DNA of 64,000 bases from assembly GCA_050246755.1 (NCBI GenBank), contig JBFWVL010000001.1, forward strand, positions 704,001 to 768,000, given 5' to 3'. This document shows positions 1 through 8,642 of the stretch, piece after piece (positions within the stretch are counted from its first letter, which is position 1; each line of letters begins with the position of its first letter). Both the position numbers and the translations under genes were made by a program. Below the pieces are notes generated by a model that saw nothing but the letters and a program-made list of their open reading frames with translations, made no database searches and was not told where the DNA came from. This DNA is from Bacteriovoracia bacterium. GTDB lineage: Bacteria > Bdellovibrionota > UBA1018 > CAIPTA01.

Positions 1-2156
1 AACCCGAAGGGAAACAAGGGCTCCACTTTATGCGTATCGAAGTGGCGGTAGCCCACGTAAATGCCTTCCCCGTAGGTAACTTGGTCGGGGTTGCCGTGGT
101 CTTCGGGATAGTGCCCGAACGCCGAAGCGTCTTCCCAACGCTTGGGAAAGGAAACGGGAAGCTTTCCGGAGAAATTTGTTTTGCCGCGGAGGGCGTCCAC
201 GATGGCTTGCGAACCTTCTTGGCCGGGGTACCAGGCATGCACCACGGCCTTTACTTCGCCAAGCCAAGGCATCAGCACGGGATTTCCGCCGGTGATTACC
301 ACGATGGTATTCGGATTAGCTTTAGCCACGGCGCGGATGAGATCATCCTGGCCTTCCGGCAGGCTCATGCTTTCCAGGTCGATAGTTTCACCTTCGTAGT
401 GGCGCGAGAGGCCGGCGAAGAAAATGGCTACGTCGGAATCCTTGGCGAGACGCACGGCTTCGCGAGGCCCATCGTGATTTTCGGGAGCAAAACCCAACCC
501 CACGATCGCGGAGTCACGGTTGTCGTAGTACTCAAGGCGGATTTTATAGCTTTTTCCCGCTTCGAGGCGGTAGGGCACGTAATCATTTTGGGCGCCGTGA
601 TCGGTCCAGTTATCGAGCACCAGCTTATCGTTGATGAAAAGGCGTACGCCGTCGTCGGAACGAACTACGAAGCGGAAGTTTCCGCTATCTTTGGCATTAA
701 GGTAACCGGTCCATCGCACGGCGAATTTATCGAGCGGCATTCCGTTTCCGGCCGGGTTCCAGCCCCAGTCGAAATTGATGGTGGAATCAACGCGGGTGAA
801 AACAGGTTTCCCCTTAAATTCCAAGTTGTCGAAATATTCGCCCTTCACGCCGCGCTGGCGCGAATGCGGAGCGAGGCTCCAGAGTTCGCGGGGAACAGCA
901 TCAAAATCTCCCCGCATGCTTACGCCGCTCTCTTGACGGATTTGCACGTCGGGCATGGCGGCCCGGAAAGCATCCAGCGGCGATAGCTCCTGCGTAGGAT
1001 TCACCATCGAGGAACCGCCCCCGGCGATCCGCGAATGAATAGAACCGGGACCGAGCAAAGCGATTTTCTTCACGCGGCCGGGCTGAAGCGGAAGCACGGG
1101 AATACCGCGTGAACTGGGCTCGTTCTTCAGAAGGACTAAGCTCTGCGCGGCGGCTCTGCGCGCCACGGCCAGATGTTCGGCGCTGCCCACCATTTTGGGA
1201 TCCGGGCGGCCGCGCGTGCCGTCGAATAAACCAGAGGCAAAGATCCCGCGCAAAATGCGGGCCACTTTATCGTTGATCAGCGTTTCGCTTACTTCCCCGT
1301 TCTGCACCGCCTCGAGCAATTTTCCGTCGAAGAAAAGCGCCGTAGGCATTTCGAGATCAAGGCCCGCATTGGCCGCTTTAGCGGTGCTATAAACGGATTC
1401 CCAGTCGGAAACCACGAAGCCCTTGAATCCCCATTTTTCTTTGAGAAGATCGGTGAGCAATTCCTTGTTCTCGGAAGCGTGATGGCCATTCACGAGGTTA
1501 TACGAAGACATCACCGAATACGTGCCGGCATCCACCGCGGTCTGGAACGCGGGCAGATGGATCTCCTGCATGGTGCGCTCGTCGGCGATCACATTGATCG
1601 AATAACGCTTGTGCTCCTGATCGTTGAGCGCGAAGTGTTTGGTGCTAGCCATCACGCCTTCGGCTTGGAGACGGCGCACGTACGTATCCGCGAAACGGGA
1701 AGTTAAGTAAGGATCTTCGCCAAAACTTTCGAAATTGCGTCCGCCGAAAGGATTGCGGCTGATATTGATGCAGGGGCCGAGCAGCATGTCGCGGTTCAAT
1801 GCCCTGGTCTCCACGCCCATAGCCTGCGCCATATCGCCCATCAACGTAGGATTAAAAGTAGCGGCGAGGGAAATAGCGGACGGGAACGCCGTGGCCTGCC
1901 CCATGCGCACCCCGAGCGGCCCGTCGGTCATCTGAATCGAAGGAATGCCGAGACGAGGAATCGGATGCGTTGCGAAGGCACTTTGGTCCCCACCCAGCAT
2001 GGTTACTTTTTCTTCCAGCGTCATCCGGGCAATCAAATCTTGGATTCTGGACTCAATTGGAGCCTGCGTTCTCTTATATAGAGGCGACGAGTGCGCGGCG
2101 TTAGAGGCCGCAAAAAGCATGAAACAAGCGCAACCGATAGCGATCATAGTTCGCAT
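1..2156 (-). CDS. Secreted GH3 beta-glucosidase with PA14 insert (3' end runs off the window)
   Basis: Not in the ORF track because it has no stop in the window. Manual minus-strand translation from ATG at 2156 (GAGGGG RBS upstream) gives signal peptide MRTMIAIGCACFMLFAASNAA, then RLGIP..TDGPLG, GRNFESFGEDP, KHF, GFVVSDW (nucleophile), PA14-like GEYFDN..VRWTG and PSGKLPVSFP. Confidence 0.92.
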   Translation of the reverse strand, partial: MRTMIAIGCACFMLFAASNAAHSSPLYKRTQAPIESRIQDLIARMTLEEKVTMLGGDQSAFATHPIPRLGIPSIQMTDGPLGVRMGQATAFPSAISLAATFNPTLMGDMAQAMGVETRALNRDMLLGPCINISRNPFGGRNFESFGEDPYLTSRFADTYVRRLQAEGVMASTKHFALNDQEHKRYSINVIADERTMQEIHLPAFQTAVDAGTYSVMSSYNLVNGHHASENKELLTDLLKEKWGFKGFVVSDWESVYSTAKAANAGLDLEMPTALFFDGKLLEAVQNGEVSETLINDKVARILRGIFASGLFDGTRGRPDPKMVGSAEHLAVARRAAAQSLVLLKNEPSSRGIPVLPLQPGRVKKIALLGPGSIHSRIAGGGSSMVNPTQELSPLDAFRAAMPDVQIRQESGVSMRGDFDAVPRELWSLAPHSRQRGVKGEYFDNLEFKGKPVFTRVDSTINFDWGWNPAGNGMPLDKFAVRWTGYLNAKDSGNFRFVVRSDDGVRLFINDKLVLDNWTDHGAQNDYVPYRLEAGKSYKIRLEYYDNRDSAIVGLGFAPENHDGPREAVRLAKDSDVAIFFAGLSRHYEGETIDLESMSLPEGQDDLIRAVAKANPNTIVVITGGNPVLMPWLGEVKAVVHAWYPGQEGSQAIVDALRGKTNFSGKLPVSFPKRWEDASAFGHYPEDHGNPDQVTYGEGIYVGYRHFDTHKVEPLFPFG

Positions 2157-2323
2157 TATAATTCCCCTCAGAATCTTAAGCGAACTGAGTAGACCGAATC
2201 TTATTCGCACTGACAAGGCAAAAGTGACACAAGGGGAATGCCATGGCGCGTTGCACGCGGTCGCAAGCCTTGACCCTCACTCTCTTCCTCGATAGATAGA
2301 TGGCTACTATTGGGAGATCTCAT

Positions 2324-3307
2324 ATGAAAAATTTAGCCATCATTCTCGCTCTTTGCCTCCTTTCGGCACCGGCGCTCGCCGCGGATAAAATCAAGATAGG
2401 CTTCGTACTCTCCACGATGCAGGAAGAGCGCTACCAAAAAGACCAAAAGTTTTTCTCCGAAGAAGCGAAAAAACTGGGTTTCGAGCCCGTGATGGTTTCG
2501 GCCGACAATAATTCCCAGACCCAAACCGCCAAGGTGGAAAACCTTCTTTCGATGGGCGTAAAAGCACTCGTGATTCAGCCGGTGAATTCCCAGGCTGCCG
2601 CCAACCTCGTGAAGCTCGCGCATGAAGATAAAGTTCCGGTGGTGGCCTACGACCGTATGATCACGGATTCTCCGGTGGACTTCTACGTAACCCAGGATTC
2701 CTTCCAGGTGGGCGTACTGCAGGCCGAAGCCGCCGTGAAAGCCACGGGCGGAAAAGGAAATTACGTGATCCTCATGGGCCAGGCCGGGCATTCGGTGGCC
2801 AATGAAATCACCCGCGGGGTGAAATCGGTGCTCGCGAAATACCCGGGCATAAAAATCGTGGTGGAGCGCAGCCACGAAAATTGGAGTTCGGCCCTCGCGA
2901 TGACCACCGTGGAAAACGCCCTCACCCAATATAAAAATAAAATCGACGCCGTAATCGCCAATAATTCGGGGATGGCACAAGGCGCGGTGCAGGCCGTGGC
3001 GGAGCAAGGCCTCTCCGGCAAAGTATTCATCGCCGGCGCCGACGCCGATCTCGTATCGATTAAGAATATCATCGCCGGCAAGCAGCAGTTCGAGGTGCTC
3101 AAAGATATCGCCCCCCTCGCGAAAACCTCCGCGCAGGTGGCCTTCGATCTCGCCACCGGCAAAAAGCCGAAAGCCACCACCACCACGAAGAGCGGAAAAT
3201 ACGAGGTGCCCACCGCGGCCACTCCCGTGTACGCGATCCAAAAAGATAATCTGGAAGAGCGTATTTTCAAGACGGGCTTCCATTCCAAAAAATCCGTAGC
3301 GAACTAG
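2324..3307 (+). CDS. xylF: Sugar ABC transporter substrate-binding protein, XylF/ChvE-like
   Basis: Signal peptide; EERYQKD, AYDRMI, ENALT..NKIDAV and GADAD motifs. ATG 2324 follows GGGAG RBS. Substrate uncertain. Confidence 0.85.
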   Translation: MKNLAIILALCLLSAPALAADKIKIGFVLSTMQEERYQKDQKFFSEEAKKLGFEPVMVSADNNSQTQTAKVENLLSMGVKALVIQPVNSQAAANLVKLAHEDKVPVVAYDRMITDSPVDFYVTQDSFQVGVLQAEAAVKATGGKGNYVILMGQAGHSVANEITRGVKSVLAKYPGIKIVVERSHENWSSALAMTTVENALTQYKNKIDAVIANNSGMAQGAVQAVAEQGLSGKVFIAGADADLVSIKNIIAGKQQFEVLKDIAPLAKTSAQVAFDLATGKKPKATTTTKSGKYEVPTAATPVYAIQKDNLEERIFKTGFHSKKSVAN

Positions 3308-3314
3308 ACGAACC

Positions 3315-4844
3315 GTGGAACTAATCCGGCTCGAAAAAATCACCAAGACATTCCCGGGCGTGCGTGCGCTCGAGGATGTTTCGCTTTCCATCAACGGCGG
3401 CGAAGTGCTGGCGCTCGTGGGGGAAAACGGAGCCGGTAAATCCACGCTGATGAAAGTGCTGAGCGGAAACTACCCGCAGGGAACCTTCACCGGAAAAATA
3501 TTACTCGAAGGAAAGGAAGTTTCCTTCCACTCCCCCGCCGATGCCGAAAAATGCGGGATCGCCATCATTCATCAGGAACTTTCGTCCTTTCTTCACCTCA
3601 CGGTGGCCGAAAATCTTTTCGTGGGACACTGGCCCAGCAAAATGGGCGTGGTCGATTGGGACTCGCTCCGGGAACAGGCGCAAAAATGGCTCGATCTCGT
3701 GGGCGTTCCCTGCCACGTAGACGACCGCATGTGGGATCTCAGCGTGGGCACCCAGCAGATGATCGAGATCGCCAAGGCCCTCGCCCGTAATTCCCGCGTG
3801 CTCATTCTCGACGAGCCCACTTCCGCGCTCAGCACCCAGGAAGTAGAAAGGCTCTTCAATCTACTCAAGCGCCTGCGCTCCGAAGGCAAAGGCCTCGTGT
3901 ATATCAGCCATAAGATGGAAGAGATTTACCAGCTCTGTGACCGCATCACCGTTCTGCGCGACGGGCAAACCGTGCATACCGCCTCCACCAAAGAACTGCC
4001 CGAAGAACAGCTCGTTTCGAAAATGGTGGGCCGCCCCCTGAACCGGCTTTTCCCCGAGGCACCCGAGAGAACTTTGGGCGAGGAAGTGCTGAAGCTGGAA
4101 GATTTCTCCGGCTTCAATTCCATGGGAAAGCATTTATTCGGTCCTGTTTCGCTTTCCCTGCGCAAAGGCGAGATCGTGGGTTTTGCCGGCCTCCTCGGCG
4201 CGGGCCGCACCGAATTGCTTCAGGCCATCTACGGCGATTCCAATACTCATACCACCGGGAGCCTCACCGTCAACGGATCCGCCGTAGCCCTCGGCAGCCC
4301 CCGCGAAGCTCTTTGGCGCAAGCTCGCCTTCGTGGCCGAGGATCGCAAGCGCGACAGCATCTTGCCCGCCCGCTCCCTCGAAGAAAACGTTTCGCTGGCC
4401 CGCCTAGCTTCCGGATCGCTGGCTCGCTGGCTCGATAATTCCGCCGAAGAAAAACGCGCCGATGAATCCCTCAAGCGTTTTGCCACCAAAACCACCGACG
4501 CCCACCAGCTCATCCAGAATCTTTCGGGCGGGAATCAGCAAAAAGTGATCCTCGGCCGCGCCCTGCAAACCTCTCCGGGCATCATCCTGCTCGACGAGCC
4601 TACCCGCGGCGTAGACGTGGGCGCGAAATTTGAAATTTACGAAATTCTCTTCAAGCTCGCCGCCGCCGGCCACGCCCTACTCGTGGTGAGCTCCGATTTG
4701 CTGGAGCTTATGGCCCTCTCCGACCGCATCGTGGTGCTCAGCCAAGGCATCCCGACCGGTGAATTACCTAGAGCCGAATTTTCCCAGACCGAAATCATGA
4801 GACGCGCTATCCAAAAAGTGCCCGCGAAGGAAGTTTCCGCATGA
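3315..4844 (+). CDS. xylG: Sugar ABC transporter ATPase (two fused ABC domains)
   Basis: GENGAGKST Walker A, LDEPT, LSGGNQQKV, DEPTRGVDVGAK. Confidence 0.9.
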   Translation: MELIRLEKITKTFPGVRALEDVSLSINGGEVLALVGENGAGKSTLMKVLSGNYPQGTFTGKILLEGKEVSFHSPADAEKCGIAIIHQELSSFLHLTVAENLFVGHWPSKMGVVDWDSLREQAQKWLDLVGVPCHVDDRMWDLSVGTQQMIEIAKALARNSRVLILDEPTSALSTQEVERLFNLLKRLRSEGKGLVYISHKMEEIYQLCDRITVLRDGQTVHTASTKELPEEQLVSKMVGRPLNRLFPEAPERTLGEEVLKLEDFSGFNSMGKHLFGPVSLSLRKGEIVGFAGLLGAGRTELLQAIYGDSNTHTTGSLTVNGSAVALGSPREALWRKLAFVAEDRKRDSILPARSLEENVSLARLASGSLARWLDNSAEEKRADESLKRFATKTTDAHQLIQNLSGGNQQKVILGRALQTSPGIILLDEPTRGVDVGAKFEIYEILFKLAAAGHALLVVSSDLLELMALSDRIVVLSQGIPTGELPRAEFSQTEIMRRAIQKVPAKEVSA

Positions 4845-5926
4845 AGATCAAAGATTTTTTCAGCCGCAACGGAGTATGGATCGGCTTCTTCCTGCTCGTG
4901 ATCGTAATCTCCGCGCTTACCGGCGGCGGCTTTCTCCAGCCGCGTAACCTTACCAACCTTCTCCGCCAAACCTCCATCAACGGTATCCTCGCCGCGGGCA
5001 TGACCCTCGTGATTCTGCTCGGCGGAATCGACCTCTCGATCGGCAGCCTCGTGGCCCTCGCCGGCGTGGCCGTGGGCGTTTCGCAAATCAACTGGGGCTG
5101 GAACGAAGGCCTGAACGGCGCGCTCTTTTCCTTTTTGCTTTCCCTCGGCGTGGGCCTTTCCGCCGGCGTGATCACCGGCGGCCTCGTTTCTATCCTCCGC
5201 ATCGCCCCCTTCGTGATCACCCTCGGCATGATGGTGATCGCCCGTGGCCTCGCGCTCATCTTCTCCAACGGCGCCAGCATCTCGCCCATGGGGGAAAATC
5301 TCGCCCCCCTCGCCGATGCCTACCTCTCGATTCCGCTCACGGGAGCCGCCGTCGCTATTTTTATGGCCGTATTCCTCTACCGCCAGCGCCGCAATCTGGT
5401 GAACGCGATCTTCCCCATCCTCACCTTCTGCTTCCTCGCCTATTCTTTTATTTCCTACAAAGGCCTACCGATGCTCGTGGTTTTCCTCGGGCTCGTACTA
5501 GGCGCGATCTCCTTCGTACTCGGCCAGACCACCTTTGGCCGCTCCGTGTACGCCATTGGTTCCAGCGAGCGTGCCGCCTACTGGGCCGGCGTACCGGTGC
5601 GCCGGGTGATTTGGATCGTGTACGCGATCATGGGATTGCTCGCGGGCCTCGCGGGCATGCTGCTCACTGTGCGCCTGAACGGCGCAGATCCGAACGCGGG
5701 TCAGTTATTTGAGTTGGATGCGATTGCGGCCGTGGTGATCGGCGGCACCAGCCTCAAGGGCGGCGTGGGCACGATCATGGGTAGCTTCATCGGCGCCCTC
5801 ACGATCGCGACTCTCAATAATGGAATGGATTTGCTCGGCGTGCCGAGCTTCTACCAGATGGTATTCAAGGGCTTGATCATCGTGATCGCCGTGGCGCTCG
5901 ATCGCACGCAGCGCCAGACGGCGTAG
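4841..5926 (+). CDS. xylH: Sugar ABC transporter permease
   Basis: GGIDLSIGS, PFVITLG, ELDAIAAVVIGGTSLKGG; ATGA overlap with the ATPase gene. Confidence 0.9.
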   Translation: MKIKDFFSRNGVWIGFFLLVIVISALTGGGFLQPRNLTNLLRQTSINGILAAGMTLVILLGGIDLSIGSLVALAGVAVGVSQINWGWNEGLNGALFSFLLSLGVGLSAGVITGGLVSILRIAPFVITLGMMVIARGLALIFSNGASISPMGENLAPLADAYLSIPLTGAAVAIFMAVFLYRQRRNLVNAIFPILTFCFLAYSFISYKGLPMLVVFLGLVLGAISFVLGQTTFGRSVYAIGSSERAAYWAGVPVRRVIWIVYAIMGLLAGLAGMLLTVRLNGADPNAGQLFELDAIAAVVIGGTSLKGGVGTIMGSFIGALTIATLNNGMDLLGVPSFYQMVFKGLIIVIAVALDRTQRQTA

Positions 5927-5934
5927 TCTAAAAC

Positions 5935-6258
5935 TTACTCGCTGATGGGAGGATGCACGCGAGATTTCTCGGCGTCGATCGCTTCGCGCTCTCGGGCGAT
6001 TCTGCCCTCTTCGATCAGCGCGTCGCGTTTCACGGCGTATTCTTCTTCGTCGCGCTCCATCTTCTCGGGCAGGTTGGAAACCAATTCATCGGCCAAAGTT
6101 TCCCGAACGTCTTCGGCCACCACTTTTCCATCGCATACCACCTGGTAGAGGCCGCGGCCGGCATGGTAACCGGCGGCGTATTTAACGCAGTCGGCGGCGT
6201 GCGCCTGGGAAATAAATCCGGTGAGGAAGAGAGCGGAAAGCATGATTACATTTTTCAT
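5935..6258 (-). CDS. Small secreted hypothetical protein
   Basis: Signal peptide ending AHA; GGAG RBS; two Cys; charged helical C-terminus. Confidence 0.75.
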   Translation of the reverse strand: MKNVIMLSALFLTGFISQAHAADCVKYAAGYHAGRGLYQVVCDGKVVAEDVRETLADELVSNLPEKMERDEEEYAVKRDALIEEGRIAREREAIDAEKSRVHPPISE

Positions 6259-6278
6259 GGAGTACTCCGTTTTAAAAA

Positions 6279-6557
6279 TTAGAGCGGGGAATCGATGGAA
6301 TCGTCGTTAGCTGTATTTTCGGAAGGCGATACGTAACCGACTACGGGCTCTTTGGCGGTGGGCTTTTCCTCGGCATTGGCCGGAGCTTCTTTCTGCCACC
6401 AACTAAAATTATAGAGCTGAGGGGCGCTTGCGCTTTCGGTGCAGTAGACGCCGCTATAGCCGAATCCCGAGCCACCCGCGGAAACGCATTCGGCGTGGGC
6501 GCTGGTAACGAAAAAAAATGGGGCCAAAATCAACAGGGCGAAAATTGGAGTTTTCAT
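6279..6557 (-). CDS. Small secreted hypothetical protein
   Basis: Signal peptide ending AHA; Cys pair; acidic low-complexity tail; sigma54-like promoter directly upstream. Confidence 0.7.
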   Translation of the reverse strand: MKTPIFALLILAPFFFVTSAHAECVSAGGSGFGYSGVYCTESASAPQLYNFSWWQKEAPANAEEKPTAKEPVVGYVSPSENTANDDSIDSPL

Positions 6558-6568
6558 GCCTAGACGGA

Positions 6569-6584
6569 TGCTAGGCCTATGCCC
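6569..6584 (-). promoter_or_regulatory. Putative sigma54 (-24/-12) promoter
   Basis: GGGCATAGGCCTAGCA = GG-N10-GC; IHF-like GATCAAGCACTTA at 6589-6601; predicted +1 falls at about the ATG at 6557. Confidence 0.55.
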
Positions 6585-6664
6585 GGGCTAAGTGCTTGAT
6601 CGGATGAATGTCTTGGCGGAGACAGGGTGCCCAGGGTTTAGACGGAAAAGGTCAGAATCTACAG

Positions 6665-8149
6665 CTATCTCTTCCACACGAAAGTAACCGCAAATTTTCC
6701 CGGCAGCTCGTAGTCGAAATATTCTTTGCCGATCGCCACGCGGAACCTCTTCGCATCATCGGTGGAATTATGGGCCACGAAAGCGATCGTTCCATCTTTG
6801 TTGAGAAAGCCGGTGGCGATCAGGCCCTCGGGATCTCCTTCCACTTCTAGGCGGTAGGATTCGGGAGTGATGAAGCGGCTCACCTGCGCGAGAGCATAGA
6901 ATTCACCGTTATAGGTTACCTCGGGCATTTCCCCAGAGAAATCCATCTTCACCATCCCGCGGCAGGTGGTGCAGCCCCCATTGGGAATCGTCGGATCATC
7001 CTTGATTCCATTCTGCGGGCCATTTTTTTCGTCGAGGCAGAGGTTCCAGCCGAGGGCGCCGGTGGTGCCGGTGGGGCCCATGCGTGCGGCGCCGAGGGAC
7101 TGGTTATCCAGCCACCACCCGAAATCGTTGATGGGATGGGATTTAGTTCCATCGAGGTAGCTCTCGGTACCAGTACACTCGGTTTGCACAAGAGCCATCT
7201 CCGGATAGGCATTGAACGTATCGAACATATTATACTTCGAGCCCCAGTAGCAGTGGTAGGCCACGCCGGCGGTATACTTGCGGGCGGCGTCGTACTCAAG
7301 AATCTTGTTGGAGTCTTCGCTCAGGCTCCAGTTGTGATCGTGGGAAAAAATCCGCAGCGGAAGCTTCGCTTGCTCGAGGATGGGGCCGAGGTAATCGCCG
7401 ATGAAGCGACTCTGGTCTTTGGGCGACATATACATCGAGGGATAGCCCTTGGTGGCGTAGAGCGGCTCGTTTTGAATGGTGAGGCTGTCTACCGGCATTC
7501 CCTTTTTTTGCAGCTCGCGGATCACGCGCACGAAATATTTGGCGTAATCCTCATACCTTTCGGGGTCCAGCCAGCCGTCGTGGAGGCTCTTGTTGGGCTT
7601 CATCCAGGCCGGCGCGGTCCAGGGAGAAATCATTAGGTGCAAATGGGGATTGATCCGGATGGCTTCCCGGAGCAGGGAAAAACTTTTATCGTCGCGCGAG
7701 AGATCGAGGTGCTTGAATTCAGGATCGGGCTCGGCGTTCGGGGAGTCGTTGTAAGTATAGCTGCCTTTTTTCCCATCGGCGAAATCGGAGGCCCCGAGCG
7801 GAAGACGCAGGTAATCGAAGCCCGCACCGTTTTTTTTGCTGAATATTTTCTCCATCACCTCACGGCGCTGCTTGCGGGGAAGCTTGAGGAGGTTGATCGC
7901 GCAGCTCTCGGTGAAGTTGGCGCCGTAGCCATCCATTTTCTGGTGGAGCATCTCGGGAATTAATTTGAAGGTGGCCGCGGCGCCACCTTCTTTGAGCCGA
8001 GAAAATTTCAGGGTTCTTTTTTCCACGAGCGGCACGAGCTTGCCGTCGATCACTTCCGTCTGAAAAACTTTGATTTTGGCACTCTTGGCGAGCGCGGGCG
8101 AGCCGAAGCAAAGAAGAGCCAAAAAAGTGAGAAAAGCCGCGTTACGCAT
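6665..8149 (-). CDS. Secreted GH30 glycoside hydrolase (beta-1,6-glucanase/glucosylceramidase-like)
   Basis: Signal peptide; RLPLGASDF, SPWTAPAWMK, QNEP (acid/base), HDHNW, YHCY, QTEC (nucleophile), WNLCLD. Confidence 0.9.
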   Translation of the reverse strand: MRNAAFLTFLALLCFGSPALAKSAKIKVFQTEVIDGKLVPLVEKRTLKFSRLKEGGAAATFKLIPEMLHQKMDGYGANFTESCAINLLKLPRKQRREVMEKIFSKKNGAGFDYLRLPLGASDFADGKKGSYTYNDSPNAEPDPEFKHLDLSRDDKSFSLLREAIRINPHLHLMISPWTAPAWMKPNKSLHDGWLDPERYEDYAKYFVRVIRELQKKGMPVDSLTIQNEPLYATKGYPSMYMSPKDQSRFIGDYLGPILEQAKLPLRIFSHDHNWSLSEDSNKILEYDAARKYTAGVAYHCYWGSKYNMFDTFNAYPEMALVQTECTGTESYLDGTKSHPINDFGWWLDNQSLGAARMGPTGTTGALGWNLCLDEKNGPQNGIKDDPTIPNGGCTTCRGMVKMDFSGEMPEVTYNGEFYALAQVSRFITPESYRLEVEGDPEGLIATGFLNKDGTIAFVAHNSTDDAKRFRVAIGKEYFDYELPGKFAVTFVWKR

Positions 8150-8153
8150 GGAG

Positions 8154-8603
8154 CTAGTGAGGAAGGCCCAGCATCTTCTCTTTCGGAAGTATCACGCTGC
8201 AGGCGGCCTCCCCTTTAGGCAAGCCGATCGAGGCGAGAACCTCCTCGTTCCCGGCATTTTCTCCATCCACGGCTTTCACTTTCCCCGCCGCGCAACGCAT
8301 CTTGCCTGTGGGTTGTTTCTCGTAAATATGCGCGTAAGGACCTTCGCATTTTTTTAGGTCAATTCCGGTCATCCGGGTGAAGGTGGCGCGATCGAGGCCC
8401 ATCGCGGGCTTAGCAGACACGGCGAAAGTAAAGTTGATCGCGACTTCCCTGGTAATCTTTTCCGAAATCGGCGCTGCATCCGTGCCGAGATAGCCCTGGA
8501 AGATTTCGTGGCCGGTGGCATCTTTGCAAGTGAGGAGCGCATCGGCGCGGGCGCCGGCGGAAACTATGAACAGGAGAGCCGCTAATCCGGTGATCATTTT
8601 CAT
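8154..8603 (-). CDS. Secreted hypothetical protein with four Cys, between the GH30 genes
   Basis: Signal peptide ending ARA; GAGG RBS; stop 4 nt before the next GH30 start. Confidence 0.75.
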   Translation of the reverse strand: MKMITGLAALLFIVSAGARADALLTCKDATGHEIFQGYLGTDAAPISEKITREVAINFTFAVSAKPAMGLDRATFTRMTGIDLKKCEGPYAHIYEKQPTGKMRCAAGKVKAVDGENAGNEEVLASIGLPKGEAACSVILPKEKMLGLPH

Positions 8604-8642
8604 TTCTTTTCCTCTTTCGCCTTCTCTTGATTCTAGGTTTTC

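Noticed and set aside
30-986. 318-aa plus-strand ORF
   Set aside because: Antisense shadow of the minus-strand GH3 gene (1-2156), which carries all the recognisable motifs
2333-3445. Long antisense ORFs opposite xylF (likewise 16239-17372, 31391-32176, 52106-52915, 59656-60618)
   Set aside because: Shadow frames typical of GC-rich coding DNA, fully overlapping well-supported genes
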